Source: Negaprion brevirostris (lineage: Eukaryota). From it: a DNA stretch of 64,000 nucleotides. Where the stretch lies: contig JARDVH010000193.1 of the NCBI GenBank assembly GCA_030324005.1, positions 86,991,550 to 87,055,549 of the forward strand, given 5' to 3'. The notes below the pieces were generated by a model. The model was not told the origin of the DNA. It did not search any database and saw only the letters and a program-made list of their open reading frames with translations. Both the position numbers and the translations under genes were made by a program. Each line of letters begins with the position of its first letter. Positions within the stretch are counted from its first letter, which is position 1. This document shows positions 13,361-24,965 of the stretch, in pieces.

Positions 13361-13857
13361 CAAACCATAATGGTTATTTCATTTGATTATGCTGAATGAT
13401 CAAACTTGAATTGAGAGTGGGGCAGAGAAAGGGAGAGGAGTCAGGAAATCCAACCATTGCTCCATGGAACTGAGGCTGATACATTCACTAAAGATGGGGA
13501 AGCCAGCTGTCACAGGAGGGCACAGAAGGACAGCAATGTTCAGTTGCCCTGGGTGCAGGATCTGGTTTAAATATAGCCATATTCCAGAACTGATTTCTGC
13601 CCATTTCAAGTCATACTGAAAAATGGATTTGCGATAGGGGTCTCAGGAAAAGTTAATGGCTGGTAGTGATTTTAAAATTTTCTTATGCCTATCACTTCAT
13701 TTTTCAGCATGAAGAGAGAGTGAGTTAAATTAAAACTCCCATCAGCATTATGAAGCAGCTGTAGATACTGTGATTCAAATTTTTGACATCCTTTGATTCT
13801 ATATTATTGGTGGAGGATTGACTGTTTGGGATTTTTATTTGAATATGTTGCGATGAA

Positions 13858-14570
13858 GGGCAGAATTTTTAAGAACCTGAGAAGGTGAGGGGACGAATGC
13901 TGAAAACAATAGGGAAATCTTATTGGTCCTGTTCCATGGCATGTTCCCACCTCCATGGAATTCTGCAGGAGGTGGGGTGACGACAGGACTGGTTGCGTGT
14001 AGCTGCAGTCAAATAAGTCAGTTAAAGACTTAATTAAGAGACCTGTCCTCATGCCAGCTGGATTTTCCCACCAATGTGCTGGGTGCCCATCAAACCAGGG
14101 GATTGCTATGAAATGGGGGCAATCTCTCACTGGCAGGTCAGATAGCCATTGAAATTGAAATGGTCCATTCAATGGGAAAAACACTGCACTATTAAATGTC
14201 CATAACTGCAGCAGTGCCGTCGAGTGAGGAGCTTTCTTCTTTTTGTCTGACGGCCCTATTGCTTTTGATCTTTTTCATATCCTCCATTTGAGGCTGGAAA
14301 CTGGGAACAAAGGTGCCCTTGCACAACCCCACATACTTCAGCAGGGACTAATCTTACACTGGGATTGACAATCTTTCAGTGCTGCAGGGCTTTGTATTGG
14401 CAATCCAGACTCCGGAGCCCACCAGCCTTCATTCGATGGTCCCGATTGCAGACACTTAACTTGCTGCCTCCTCCAGAACCTACCCCGGGGTCCTGCTCCT
14501 GCCATTTCTGGGATGTGATCTGATTTCATCCTGACAGAGAGTTTGGAACCAAGGAACAAAAATTCTGTCC
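13858..14570. mobile_element. PIF/Harbinger-type non-autonomous element
   Basis: Terminal inverted repeats GGGCAGAATTTTT and AAAAATTCTGTCC. Confidence 0.6.
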
Positions 14571-15547
14571 TGTTGGTCTTAAAGTGTTGACTGTTAACTT
14601 TAAATACCGATGGACAACATTAGGTGGCCCAGTATTGAAGCCTCAAAGGAGTAAATATACGCAAAAAATCTTTGAATTCTGTAAACAATATAATGGAGTT
14701 CATTATCAACAAGGCTTTACATAAATACCCATTTGCTCACCATCTGATGGACTATTCATTTTAGCCACTATACAGAATAAATGAAATGAGCTAATTCTAT
14801 TGCAAAACTTAATGTATGAACATTTAGTTATTGGCATGACACCAAACTTGCAATACTTGATACAAAGAGGTTTTTGGTTTGCACGCCACCAAGGTTTGAA
14901 GGTCAAGTTAACATCATGATGTTTGCAGGCGGATAAGTGGATTAATTCACATTTGTCAAATTGTTCCAGTTGACTTACCATGAATGGTTCATTTATTACA
15001 GCATGTGAAATGAATGCTGCTGTTCCTCAATGGAGTATCAAGCGGCAAGCATTTTTGCTGTATGCTTAAATGACATCTATCATGTGCTCCATGACTTCAA
15101 TCATGTAATTTATGCATTGTTAGAAAACATTGCGTTAGATTTGAAACAGGATTCCAAAATCTTAAGCCAGTAAGTTAAGAGGTGGAACATTGTGTTTGAA
15201 ATGGAAAGTACTTACTGGCACAATGAGTAAATGCCACAGGGGCCCAGCTTTCCATCATATTTTCTAGGTTGTACATGAAGCTGATGAGCTGGAACTACTG
15301 TGGTTAGTTTACTGGTGAATTAATTAGAATTAATTGATTGCAGAGTATCAAAAAAACTGGTTAATATCTACCAAAAGGTTGGTTCAGATATGAAATGGAC
15401 AATAGTAGCTGTAAACTACACATGAGTTCATGATTGTATGTACCTTTACACTTTTTGGTGCTTCTAAACATCTATCACTTCTCAACAGAATTCAAAAGTC
15501 TTCCCTTGTGTGTAATTAACATTGATGCATATCTGAGCTGGAATTAT

Positions 15548-15675
15548 GGCTGGAATTCTCCCATCCTGCCCGCCACTGGAATTTTAGCGGCAGGTTGTGG
15601 AGAATGTGAAATGCCATTGATGGTCAAGCATGAATTTCCGGCTTTTAGACCAGCACAGCCAGAAATATTTATCCA
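15548..15675. mobile_element. short (~130 bp) Harbinger-type MITE
   Basis: ggctggaattctcccatcctgcccgcca..ggaatt..ccattga. Same family as 24500-24626, 37420-37556 and 50223-50345. Confidence 0.6.
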
Positions 15676-15807
15676 CTGGCTTATTCCAACTGTTTCAGTA
15701 CTTTTCTTTACCAGGCTTTGCCCAGTTCTGTATCTGGGCTGGTCCAAATGTTAAATCTTCTAAATAGCAGCTCTGCCAGAATGTACCCTGGGTCTATTCC
15801 ATAATGA

Positions 15808-16040
15808 TGTGGTAATGATACACTTTCTCAGACTTCGTTTGAAACATTAAAGGTAAATCATTCATAAGAAAAGCTATACCTGGGGCCATCAGTCAGCATG
15901 GCTGCTGGTAGGTCCCTACATGGCTACTGCCTCAGAGCAGACTCCACCCCATGGGGTGTCTACTCACACTGCCCCAGTTGGTCCCCCAAGCCAGGTGACC
16001 CTCTTCTGTGGTGTTGCCCTTAAAGGGACAAATCATCACA
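15808..16040 (-). repeat. 3' LTR of copy A (~233 bp), preceded by the polypurine tract at 16041-16050
   Basis: Minus strand reads AAGGGAGGCA | TGTGATGATTTGTCCCTTTAAGGGCAACAC...GAAGTCTGAGAAAGTGTATCATTACCACA. Aligns along its length with 56859-57085. Confidence 0.8.
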
Positions 16041-16074
16041 TGCCTCCCTTATACAACCTTCCATAAGTTGCTCA

Positions 16075-16150
16075 ATCCTAAATTTTAACTATAAATTATA
16101 CAGATAAATCCTAAATTTTAACTATAAAATATACAGATAAATTATACAGA
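16075..16150. repeat. ~33-bp tandem duplication in the 3' UTR of copy A
   Basis: atcctaaattttaactataaa(t/a)tatacagataa occurs twice, plus a partial third unit. Confidence 0.9.
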
Positions 16151-16279
16151 TATACAAATAAATTTTAACATTAATTATATAGATAATTATAAATTGAGGC
16201 TTCAAGGGTTTTTCTGTTTTTTGTGAAGTGGTGTAATTCTGAGATGCTTCCATGGATTAACACTGACAGGACTTGCAAT

Positions 16280-16555
16280 AACAAGTACCTCTTCTTCTCT
16301 TCTGGCACAGGCAGTTCATTATTACTTGCTTCCACAGAGACATCAGTTATGTCTATGACAGTTTGTTCAGGCACTTCAATGCTTACAAGTTTGACAGCAT
16401 TTTTTGATGGCAACACTGACTGCTGGAGCGTATCTCTACGCCTTAAGTGATCGATATGCTTATAAACAACCAATCCCTCCATGTCTACTGGGTACGACAA
16501 GGGTGCAGTCTCATTCTGCAGATCTGACTTGATCCACCAGCAAATTTTTATGTTA
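16280..16555 (-). pseudogene. Gypsy integrase C-terminal tail (copy A)
   Basis: ORF 16171..16569 contains ETAPLSYPVDMEGLVVYKHIDHLRRR...VPEEKKRY, matching the Gypsy integrase C-terminal motif TGPLSYxV...RRHxDHLRRR...RRYP. Confidence 0.8.
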
Positions 16556-16774
16556 TGACAACATGTCATATTATGTACTTAATATGGGTTTATTATTAGC
16601 GTAACACTGTCCACTGATGAGATCTTAAAGCTTGCATGTTTAAACATAAACACTTTTTTGGAAGGCTTTATCTATGACAGTTCCAAATGTACTGTTAACA
16701 GTTTTTTTTTCACAGTCTCAGTCTGTCACGTGTGAAGAAATGGTCGTAGTACTCTGTTTCTGGGATTAGATAGT

Positions 16775-17853
16775 GGGTGGAATTCTCCCAAAAATATTTG
16801 TGTTTGTGTGAAAAGTGGAGTAATACACGCTGTTTTTTTCAATGGGAGTTCAGTGAAGAATCTCCCACACTCTGTGCACTGCAGAGGCCACCAGTATGAA
16901 TATTATTAAATTTCAGGGGACAGGGCCTAGTCCCGTTGGAGAGGCTGGAATCAGCACTCTGAGCGGGCCACTGTGCATGCCCCGATCTGTCAGTGGTGAG
17001 ATTGGTGCATGTGTAGTGGCCCTGCACTGCTGGCATCCCGATTGCTNNNNNNNNNNNNNNNNNNNNNNNNNNNNNNNNNNNNNNNNNNNNNNNNNNNNNN
17101 NNNNNNNNNNNNNNNNNNNNNNNNNNNNNNNNNNNNNNNNNNNNNNNNNNNNNNNNNNNNNNNNNNNNNNNNNNNNNNNNNNNNNNNNNNNNNNNNNNNN
17201 NNNNNNNNNNNNNNNNNNNNNNNNNNNNNNNNNNNNNNNCCCCCCGCAGTGCCAAACCCCCAGCAGGCTGAATGCTCCCTCACCCAGATCGTTGCTGTCC
17301 CTGCTTCCTCCATCGATCCCGATGCAGAGTTGCAGCAGGAACCCCCACCAATTGCGTCCTAGCCCTGCCCCCATCATGCCCATCTGCCCAAGCCCTGCCA
17401 CCATATTCCCTGTCCCTTGGCATTGCCCCATGCCCAATGGGTAGTACCAAGGTGTCCCCTGAACATTGGCACTTTGCCCATTGGGTAGTGCTGGGGGCCC
17501 AGGCTGGCACTGACAGGGTACCAATGCCCAGGGGGCACTCCTCCTCATTGTCTGACCCTCTGGAGGGCCCCAATTGCCCCACTTCACTCCGGCAGGGTCG
17601 GGCTGCTAGTTTCCTGCAAGTGAGGAGCTACTGTAATCCTCGCTGGAGTGAAGTACTCTGACAGGGTGGGAAATACTAGAGGGCCCAGAGAGTGTTCAGT
17701 CCCAGGCCCACTAATCAAATTTGAATTATATTAAAATGACTATTTAAATGATCTTTGCTGATTTCCAATGCTGATCTGATGGTTCTGGAAATCTGGCATT
17801 GGGAGATACTAGCATGAACCCTGCAAATTGGCTGATGCAAGAAACTCTCGGCC
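16775..17853. mobile_element. GC-rich ~1 kb Harbinger-type MITE nested in copy A
   Basis: Termini gggtggaattctccca ... aaactctcggcc. Flanks agt/agc. Homologous, in reverse orientation, to 55382-56383. Confidence 0.75.
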
Positions 17854-19420
17854 AGCATATCTTTCATTGACCATTTTATCATATTGGTTCTTGTGTTTTT
17901 TTATTAATGTGACCATTTCAGCAATCGTGGCCGCGATTCTCCCACTGCAACGTTTCTGTCGGGTCACGGTGGGAGACGTGTGCCTGTGGCCTTGAACAGG
18001 GATTTGTGCTTGCGCCAGAAACACATGCGCATCTCCCAGAGCCAGCGAACAGTCACTGGTTAGACCACACTGGAAACCAGCAGGAAGGCAGGTAAGTAAT
18101 TTAGATCTGTTTTAAATATGCGCATTAGGTCATTATCTGATCGAATCTCCAACCCCACCAGGAGTATCTCATTCTAGTGGGGATCAGACTAGCTTCTCAC
18201 ATTCGGGGAACTAGCGGGGTACGCTGCTGGAATGAAAGGGGTGAATTGAGGCCCCCCCAGGAGGTTGGGCATGGGGGGTGGTGCCCCTAGGCATGGGCAC
18301 CCTGGCAGTGCCAGCCTGTGCCCCCTGCCACTGCCCAGAAGGCATTGGGCAGTGCCAAGGGGGTGGGGTCTACTGTGCATGGGACCTAGCAGCAATTGGT
18401 GGGAGTGGGTGTCCTGCTGCCACTCTGCAGACAGGATCGATCTGGAATGGAGGGAAGGCAGCAATTGGGGCAGGTTGGGGGGGCTNNNNNNNNNNNNNNN
18501 NNNNNNNNNNNNNNNNNNNNNNNNNNNNNNNNNNNNNNNNNNNNNNNNNNNNNNNNNNNNNNNNNNNNNNNNNNNNNNNNNNNNNNNNNNNNNNNNNNNN
18601 NNNNNNNNNNNNNNNNNNNNNNNNNNNNNNNNNNNNNNNNNNNNNNNNNNNNNNNNNNNNNNNNNNNNNNNNNNNNNNNNNNNNNNNNNNNNNNNNNNNN
18701 NNNNNNNNNNNNNNNNNNNNNNNNNNNNNNNNNNNNNNNNNNNNNNNNNNNNNNNNNNNNNNNNNNNNNNNNNNNNNNNNNNNNNNNNNNNNNNNNNNNN
18801 NNNNNNNNNNNNNNNNNNNNNNNNNNNNNNNNNNNNNNNNNNNNNNNNNNNNNNNNNNNNNNNNNNNNNNNNNNNNNNNNNNNNNNNNNNNNNNNNNNNN
18901 NNNNNNNNNNNNNNNNNNNNNNNGATGGGCATGTAACGTCAATTTCTTACTCTGTCTGAATTGTTGATTCTGCTGTCAGTTTCGATGCATTACCTCTTCA
19001 GCTAATTTCTCATTGACAAGTTTCCCTTCTTCAACTCTTATTCTCCTGATTCAGTTCTTCACTGGACTTGTTCTTATTTTCTGGTTGCTTTTCATTCATT
19101 ATCTCTAATTTCTCCTTCTTCTTAATTTCATTTTGTCAATTTTTGCAACTTCTTTCTTCAAGTTTCCCTGTCAGCCATTTCATCATATTGTTTCAACGTC
19201 TACTCTGGACCTTTATTTCTTCTTGCTGAAACCTTTCTATGTTCAATTGTTACTAACTTTTGAAGCCTTTAGTTTCTACATTTCTCCAGAGGAGAGTCCA
19301 TCATACCCTTAGTGGACACGTACATTTCACAAGTATAACCTATTGTAATTGTTGATCAGGTCTGTCTCCAGTAGAATGTTTACTTGTTTCCATTTTGCAA
19401 CTCACTTGTTGTCCTTCAAT
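17854..19420 (-). pseudogene. SYCP1: intronless SYCP1-derived coiled-coil segment in copy A (interrupted by a MITE and a gap)
   Basis: Minus translations KQPENKNKSSEELNQENK, EKLAEEV and IAEMVTLIKKHKNQYDKMVNE match vertebrate SYCP1 KQVENKNKYIEELQQENK, ENLLEEVEK and CQHKIAEMVALMEKHKHQYDKIIEE, in the same order. Confidence 0.8.
17929..18923. mobile_element. GC-rich ~1 kb Harbinger-type MITE nested in the SYCP1-like part; right end in gap
   Basis: Starts GGCCGCGATTCTCCC and is collinear with 55382-55990 (gaaaccagcaggaaggcaggtaag, gggcaccctggcagtgcca). Confidence 0.8.
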
Positions 19421-20626
19421 TGGTCATTTAGTCTCTTTGATTGCCCCTGTTCTGAGATCTTTAAATGCTCTTCAGGTGTCCTTCACTGCGTCCTTCTGGG
19501 GTCTTTTATTACCCTCCTTATGGGGTCTTTAAGTGCCCTTCTTCTGGGTCACCTTTTGCCAACTTTCTGAGGTCTTAGATTTTCTCCTAATAGAGGGTTT
19601 TTTTGCTCTCTTTGACTCCTGTAAGATCCCCCATCGAAGCTCTTTCTTGAAGCTTTCATTTCCTCCTCTAGGTCTTCTGTCGCTCAATCCTTGATGTATT
19701 CATTGCTTATGGACATTTTCTAAGGGTTGCCTTCTTTCCAGGGCTTCTCCAATTTTCCTGTTCATAGACTTTTGTTCCTTCTTTGGTTGCTGTTTTAATT
19801 ACAATATCACTTTAAATGTATTGCCACTTTAAGATGGTTATCTTTTATTTCATTGAACTGCCAGAGCTGCTGGCTCTCTCTGCGTTTTTCCCACGCTTTT
19901 AGAGTTGAGTTTTGGCTGCTCTTTTTATTTGAATTTTTAAAAATTCCGCTTTTACTGTTTGTGATCTGTGTTTTTTTTCTTCTGGCTACTTGGAGAGTCC
20001 TCTCTTTCTCTTTTTTGATGTGTCAGTCTTTTTTATCAACATCACTGGAACGCCAAGTTCCATCAGGCCCTTGTTTATATACTGGTTAACTTCTTTTGAA
20101 AATTGTTGAGCACGTCTCTTCTTTTCTACAAGTTCAGAACTGCTCTGTTTAAAGCCCAGCAGCACAGGGATTGCTGCTACTCAACCCCCACAAGCTCTTC
20201 TCTGATTGGGAACTTATCAATTTCAGCCTCTTTATTTTCCCGTGCTTTGGGATAGTTCACAGCAGCTACCTGGGGCATTCCCTTCTTTTTGACTTCAAGC
20301 CTGTTTTCTGTATTCTCTTTTCAAACAAAACTGTGCAGCAATTCTTTTAAAAAAAACTTAAGCTATATTTTCTTCTACTCATAAAGGCACAGCTCTCACT
20401 TCGCGGGGTTAGAGTCTCTTGATTTCTTTTTTTCTCTTTCTATATTTCTAAACTTTTAACTCCACCAGCCACTTCAGGTTTCTTCTGCATCTGTCCTTCA
20501 GAGTCTGGCAATATTTTAACATCTCAAGTGGGTCTATTCACCTAAAGAGGTATTCTGGTGAGTTAATTTTCTCAACCTTTGTTTTTATAGAGCACTGGCC
20601 CTTTTTTTGCTGTTAACGCATTCTGC

Positions 20627-20822
20627 NNNNNNNNNNNNNNNNNNNNNNNNNNNNNNNNNNNNNNNNNNNNNNNNNNNNNNNNNNNNNNNNNNNNNNNNNN
20701 NNNNNNNNNNNNNNNNNNNNNNNNNNGAGTGTGGAGATTCAGGTGAGGAGCTGAACTGACAGAACCATCTGGATTTAGATCAGTTTTCCTGCCAATTCAG
20801 CACTTTTGGGGGAATCACCCCC
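20627..20822. mobile_element. right end of a GC-rich MITE (rest in gap)
   Basis: cagttttcctgccaattcagcacttttgggggaatcaccc matches the ends at 56345-56383 and 63530-63580. Confidence 0.7.
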
Positions 20823-20824
20823 AC

Positions 20825-21050
20825 CACCCCTCCTCTTTTCTTGTCCCCATGACATCTTTGTTAAATTTCTCCTTAGTTCCCACGTATTCCTGACATTGAA
20901 TTTTGCTTCACCCACTCCACTCCTCTTAAACAGTATAAATCTATCATTTCTACCTCTCTAGCTCTGAAGAAGTCATACAGACTTGAAATATTAACTGTTT
21001 CTCTCCACAGATGCTGACAGACTTGCTGAGTTTTTCTGTTTTTATTTCTG
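20825..21050 (+). mobile_element. Penelope-like pLTR remnant with hammerhead core (20960-20996)
   Basis: gct CTGAAGA agtc-ataca-gact t GAAA ta TT aac, followed by tctctccacagatgctg.cagacttgctgag. Confidence 0.7.
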
Positions 21051-22489
21051 TGCATATCTAATCTGTTTGCCTTCCAATTCTTTTGCTATCAGAATGAACC
21101 TAGCACTTTGTTTCTTTTTACATAGCACTATTAATCTACTACATGACTATTTTATGTGATTTGTGTATTTGTACTGTCAGAATTCTCTACTCCTCTTTAC
21201 CAGCTGATTCTTATTTTCTCAGCTGTATGTGGCCTCCTTAATTCTTCCTACCAAAGTGGTTCTTTTGGAGGTTGCATCTATTGCTGGATGAACATGTGCC
21301 AAGATAAAACACTGGGCGATATTTACTATTGCCTCCTGTTGCAGCTTGACAGAACCCAGTGCAAAAGGCTGGCGTTTTGTTTTTTGGGGTGGAAGCCAGC
21401 CTGATAGGCCACTGGTGGGGGCAGACAACCCTGTTTCAGTGATCTGTGGGACATGGGGTTGCATTTTGTTGGCAGCAGCCTACTACTTGGTTGCTCTTTG
21501 GACTGTCAGCAGTCACTGAGAGCAGTAGCCCATCCCTAAGTCAATTGCTGAGGCAGCAACTCGCAGACTCAGCAGCATCACCATGTTCAGTGGCCATTGC
21601 TGGTAATGCACCTGAAAGAAGATAATACCGTGAGAGGCTGGTGCTTTCTCATCCAGATAAATGGGACCTTGGGGCACCATTGACAGTCAGACAAACCCCG
21701 TCAGGGGCAGAAGGGGAATTGGTGAAGGCACGCAACACCTTTACATTGGGTGCAACAGTTGTTATCTGGAGACCCTCTGTGGGGGTGGGGGGGTGAAGAA
21801 TGACAAGTAGTAGGAGCATCCCAGTCTTGAGAAGTCACGAGAGTTTACTTAGCAGTTCCCACATGTTGGAAACAACACCTCACCTGACCCTACCATTCCC
21901 CACAGTCCTGCTGGCTAAATAGACAGTGGGAAGGGGACTTTAATTGGCCATTAAGTTCTCAGTTAGACTAAGGGTAATGGGTCATCCACCATTTCCCCCA
22001 TTGCTGGAGGACGCCAGGCATTCCACCACTCCCCTTTCGTTTGCCATCCTGAGGCACACTGCACATTCCAGTTCATCCCCAAAGGGCCACTAAAATTCAA
22101 TTCTTTGATTACCACCAGCAGGACTACTGAAGTCAATGATCTGAGCTGAACAGATTTATTCAGCAAGTGGAAGAATTTATCCGTGGTCTTTTCAGTGAAT
22201 CAAATCTCCTCGTACAGGAACGCTCACTCTGATGTTGATCTGATTTGTATTATCAACTGTGTATCATATACTCTTTGGAATGGGGATGGAGTGCTACATA
22301 TAACAACTGTTGGCCTCATCAAATAGAAAAGTTGCCTTTACCTCAACTTGTTTTCCAATCATCCATTATTCCTGTGAACAGACAAAATCACATCAGAAAA
22401 CCCATCAAAGCCCTTAAAGATAGTATCAAACTTAAAGAAAAAAACATTAATCGGAGTAGGAGCTGAAAATATTTCGAGATATTGACAGG

Positions 22490-23485
22490 TGCTCAGGACC
22501 TGATCTAGCAATCATGTTGGCTGTGGACACAACTCCCGTAATGTCCACGAAATCTCACGAGTGGTCAAAAATGGGATTAGTGCTGGTGAGATCTAGCTTG
22601 AAATCTCCCTCACTCCCCCCCACTTCCACCAGTGGTGTAATCAGGGCTTGAACCTTGTTTTTATGCTTTTGTATATTTATGTTGTTGCATGATTACTTTA
22701 AGAGTTGATCACATAATTTCACAGGCATGAGCTCTTAGAATAAAGCTGTTTTGTGTTGGTTTGAATGTGTGCACGTGCAAACGGCATCTTTTCTTTAAAA
22801 CCCACAACACCTAACATAGTTCAGACATTATACATATATATCTTAATTAATTATCACATAATTGCTGCTTTTGGCATCATAGCATCTGCCCAAAATGTTT
22901 GCTTTCCCCCCAGAGGTGTGATGTCATGCCAGCGTGAATCACTACCAGTTTTCAAAAATGAAAAGCAGTTATGATAACCATGTGTGTAGGTGACTGTAGC
23001 CACTGGGGTTGAGGGACTTGCCTATGGATTTCCCCTGGGCACTGCCAAGGCCACTGCTGTGGGGCACTGTGGTGGGGGGGTTACCCTTGTTTATTTGGGG
23101 AAGTTTCCCCTTCTGTGCACAGGGGGACGATTCCCTTTAACCATGGTTGGCGTCCTCTTCTGTTGTGGGAGTTGGAGGTGTTCCCTTATCCAATGGCGAT
23201 CGGTCCTGATGTGAGTGGAGGAGGGGCCCACATACATGGTGGGGGGAGGGTTCCAATGCTTGTTAGATGGGGGTGTAGCCTTAAATATAACTTTGAGATC
23301 AGGGCATTCTTCGGCCCCACCTCTCCAGTTGGCTGTGTGATCCTCACCAGCACTGTAAAATTGCAGAGTGCCATTAAATCATTTGGGAAAAGGCAGCAGT
23401 GAAGCTGGTGAGTTTCACACAGTTTTTCTCACCTGACTTGTACATTGCCTGACCTGTTTGAGATGCCATGTGAATGATTTTGGCT
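22490..23485. mobile_element. old GC-rich Harbinger-type element with an internal unrelated insert
   Basis: Family motifs ccctgggcactgccaagg, cactgtaaaattgcagagtg and ttttctcacc. Termini are eroded. Confidence 0.45.
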
Positions 23486-23593
23486 ATTAAGAAATTTACA
23501 GTGATCAGGTTTATGATCATTTAAATACCACAGAAGAACAAATTTCAAATTTTCAGATCATATCAATTGATGGCAGCACATGGATTCACAGAG

Positions 23594-24035
23594 TAGGCGA
23601 TGGCCTAGTCGTATTATTGCTAGACTATTAATCCAGAAACTCAGCTAATGTTCTAGGGATCTGGGTTCGAATCCTATCACGGCAGATGGTGGAATTTGAA
23701 ATCAATAAAATAATTCAGGAATTAAAAATCTACTGAAGACCATGAAACCATTGTTGATTGTTATAAAAGCCCATCTGGTTCACTNNNNNNNNNNNNNNNN
23801 NNNNNNNNNNNNNNNNNNNNNNNNNNNNNNNNNNNNNNNNNNNNNNNNNNNNNNNNNNNNNNNNNNNNNNNNNNNNNNNNNNNNAAGGAAATCTGCCATC
23901 CTTACCTGGTTTGGCCTACAAGTAACTCCAGAGCCTCAGCAATGTGGTTGACTCTCAACTGCTCTTGGGCAACTAGGGATGGGCAATAAACGCTGGCCTG
24001 CCAGTGATGCCCATGTCCCACGAATGAATAAAATG
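23594..24035 (+). mobile_element. tRNA-derived SINE, family 2
   Basis: A box gatggcctagtcgta, B box gggttcgaatcc. Tail gggcaactagggatgggcaataaacgctggcc..gcccatgtcccacgaatgaataaaa is shared with the LINE end at 56500-56570. Confidence 0.85.
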
Positions 24036-24499
24036 GAAAGTGTTGTTTAACCACAAGTACAAAAAGTATCATTTGGAGAAAGGCTGAACCATATTCTTTG
24101 ATAAAGCATATGTTAAAAATTAACATACCAATTACCATGCATTGTGAATAAAGTGACACAATTTGAGGAATGGTTGTTTAGTGTCCGGAGTCTTTTCCTC
24201 CTCAAGATTTTGTCTTTTTCTCTTGTGAGGGATCAAGACTCAAACCTGGGGCTTCCTCAGCTCTATGAGTACATTCAATATGAAAATGGTTGCTTACCTG
24301 TTTAGTGTTAAAACATTTTGCACAAAAAGTGAACTGAGTTTGTCCAAAGCTGATCACTAATCCACAGCAGAGGATTGATCGAAGAACCAGGTGGTAGTGT
24401 AAACAGGAATTTCATTGATATTTTGCTGAAGTAATTAGGTGACTCCTGGGGAAATGCCCACAAGGAGTTATTTAATTGCTTATCGACTTTATACACAAT

Positions 24500-24626
24500 G
24501 GCCAGAATTTTACCTGCCCGCTCGCCATGGGAATTGAATTGGGTAAGGGGCGGAGCCTGGAAAAGTCCATTGATGTTGGATGGGGTTTTACGGTTTTGGG
24601 ATGAGCGAAGCTGTAAAATCCCACTC
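24500..24626. mobile_element. short Harbinger-type MITE
   Basis: ggccagaattttac...gtaaaatcccactc; family of 37420-37556. Confidence 0.65.
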
Positions 24627-24689
24627 ATTAATATCTTTTCAATTAAAGTTAAAAAGGAACAATCATTTTGTTTAGCTTGAGGAGTTATT

Positions 24690-24965
24690 ATTCAGGGACC
24701 ATCAATTTAAACTAGTCAGAATCAGGATAAGGAGAGATTTGAAGACATTTCTTTACTCGGAGATTTTGTAGAAAATTGAACATTTTTCTACAAGTGGCTA
24801 AGGTGTAATATATTGCTTGTCATCTGGGAAATTTGAATAAATATTTGAAGCAGAAGAGTGTAAAGAGCTTTGGGGAGAGCACTAAACAGTACAATTAGCT
24901 TTGGAATGCATTAGCAAAGAGTTGGCAGAATGAGATGAATCAAATAGTCTCCTTCTGTGCTGTTA
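24690..24965 (+). mobile_element. old CR1 3' tail fragment
   Basis: agggaccatcaatttaaact..ggagagatttgaagacatttctttactcggag ... tctccttctgtgctgt. Confidence 0.55.

Larger units (their letters stand above)
15808..20600 (-). mobile_element. chimeric Gypsy LTR element carrying SYCP1-derived sequence, copy A (5' LTR not seen)
   Basis: Collinear by eye with 57150-61520 over gag, the repeat region, the SYCP1-like part and the integrase tail. Ends in a PPT followed by a TG..CA LTR. Confidence 0.85.

Noticed and set aside
16702-16710. T run as the polyA tail of a LINE-mediated SYCP1 retrocopy
   Set aside because: Homology with copy B continues past it into the integrase tail and LTR, and copy B has no A run there.
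24298-24445. 148-nt minus-strand exon candidate (ttccccag acceptor, CAG|GTAAGC donor)
   Set aside because: It has stops in all three frames and no recognisable protein; at most a non-coding exon, which cannot be supported here.
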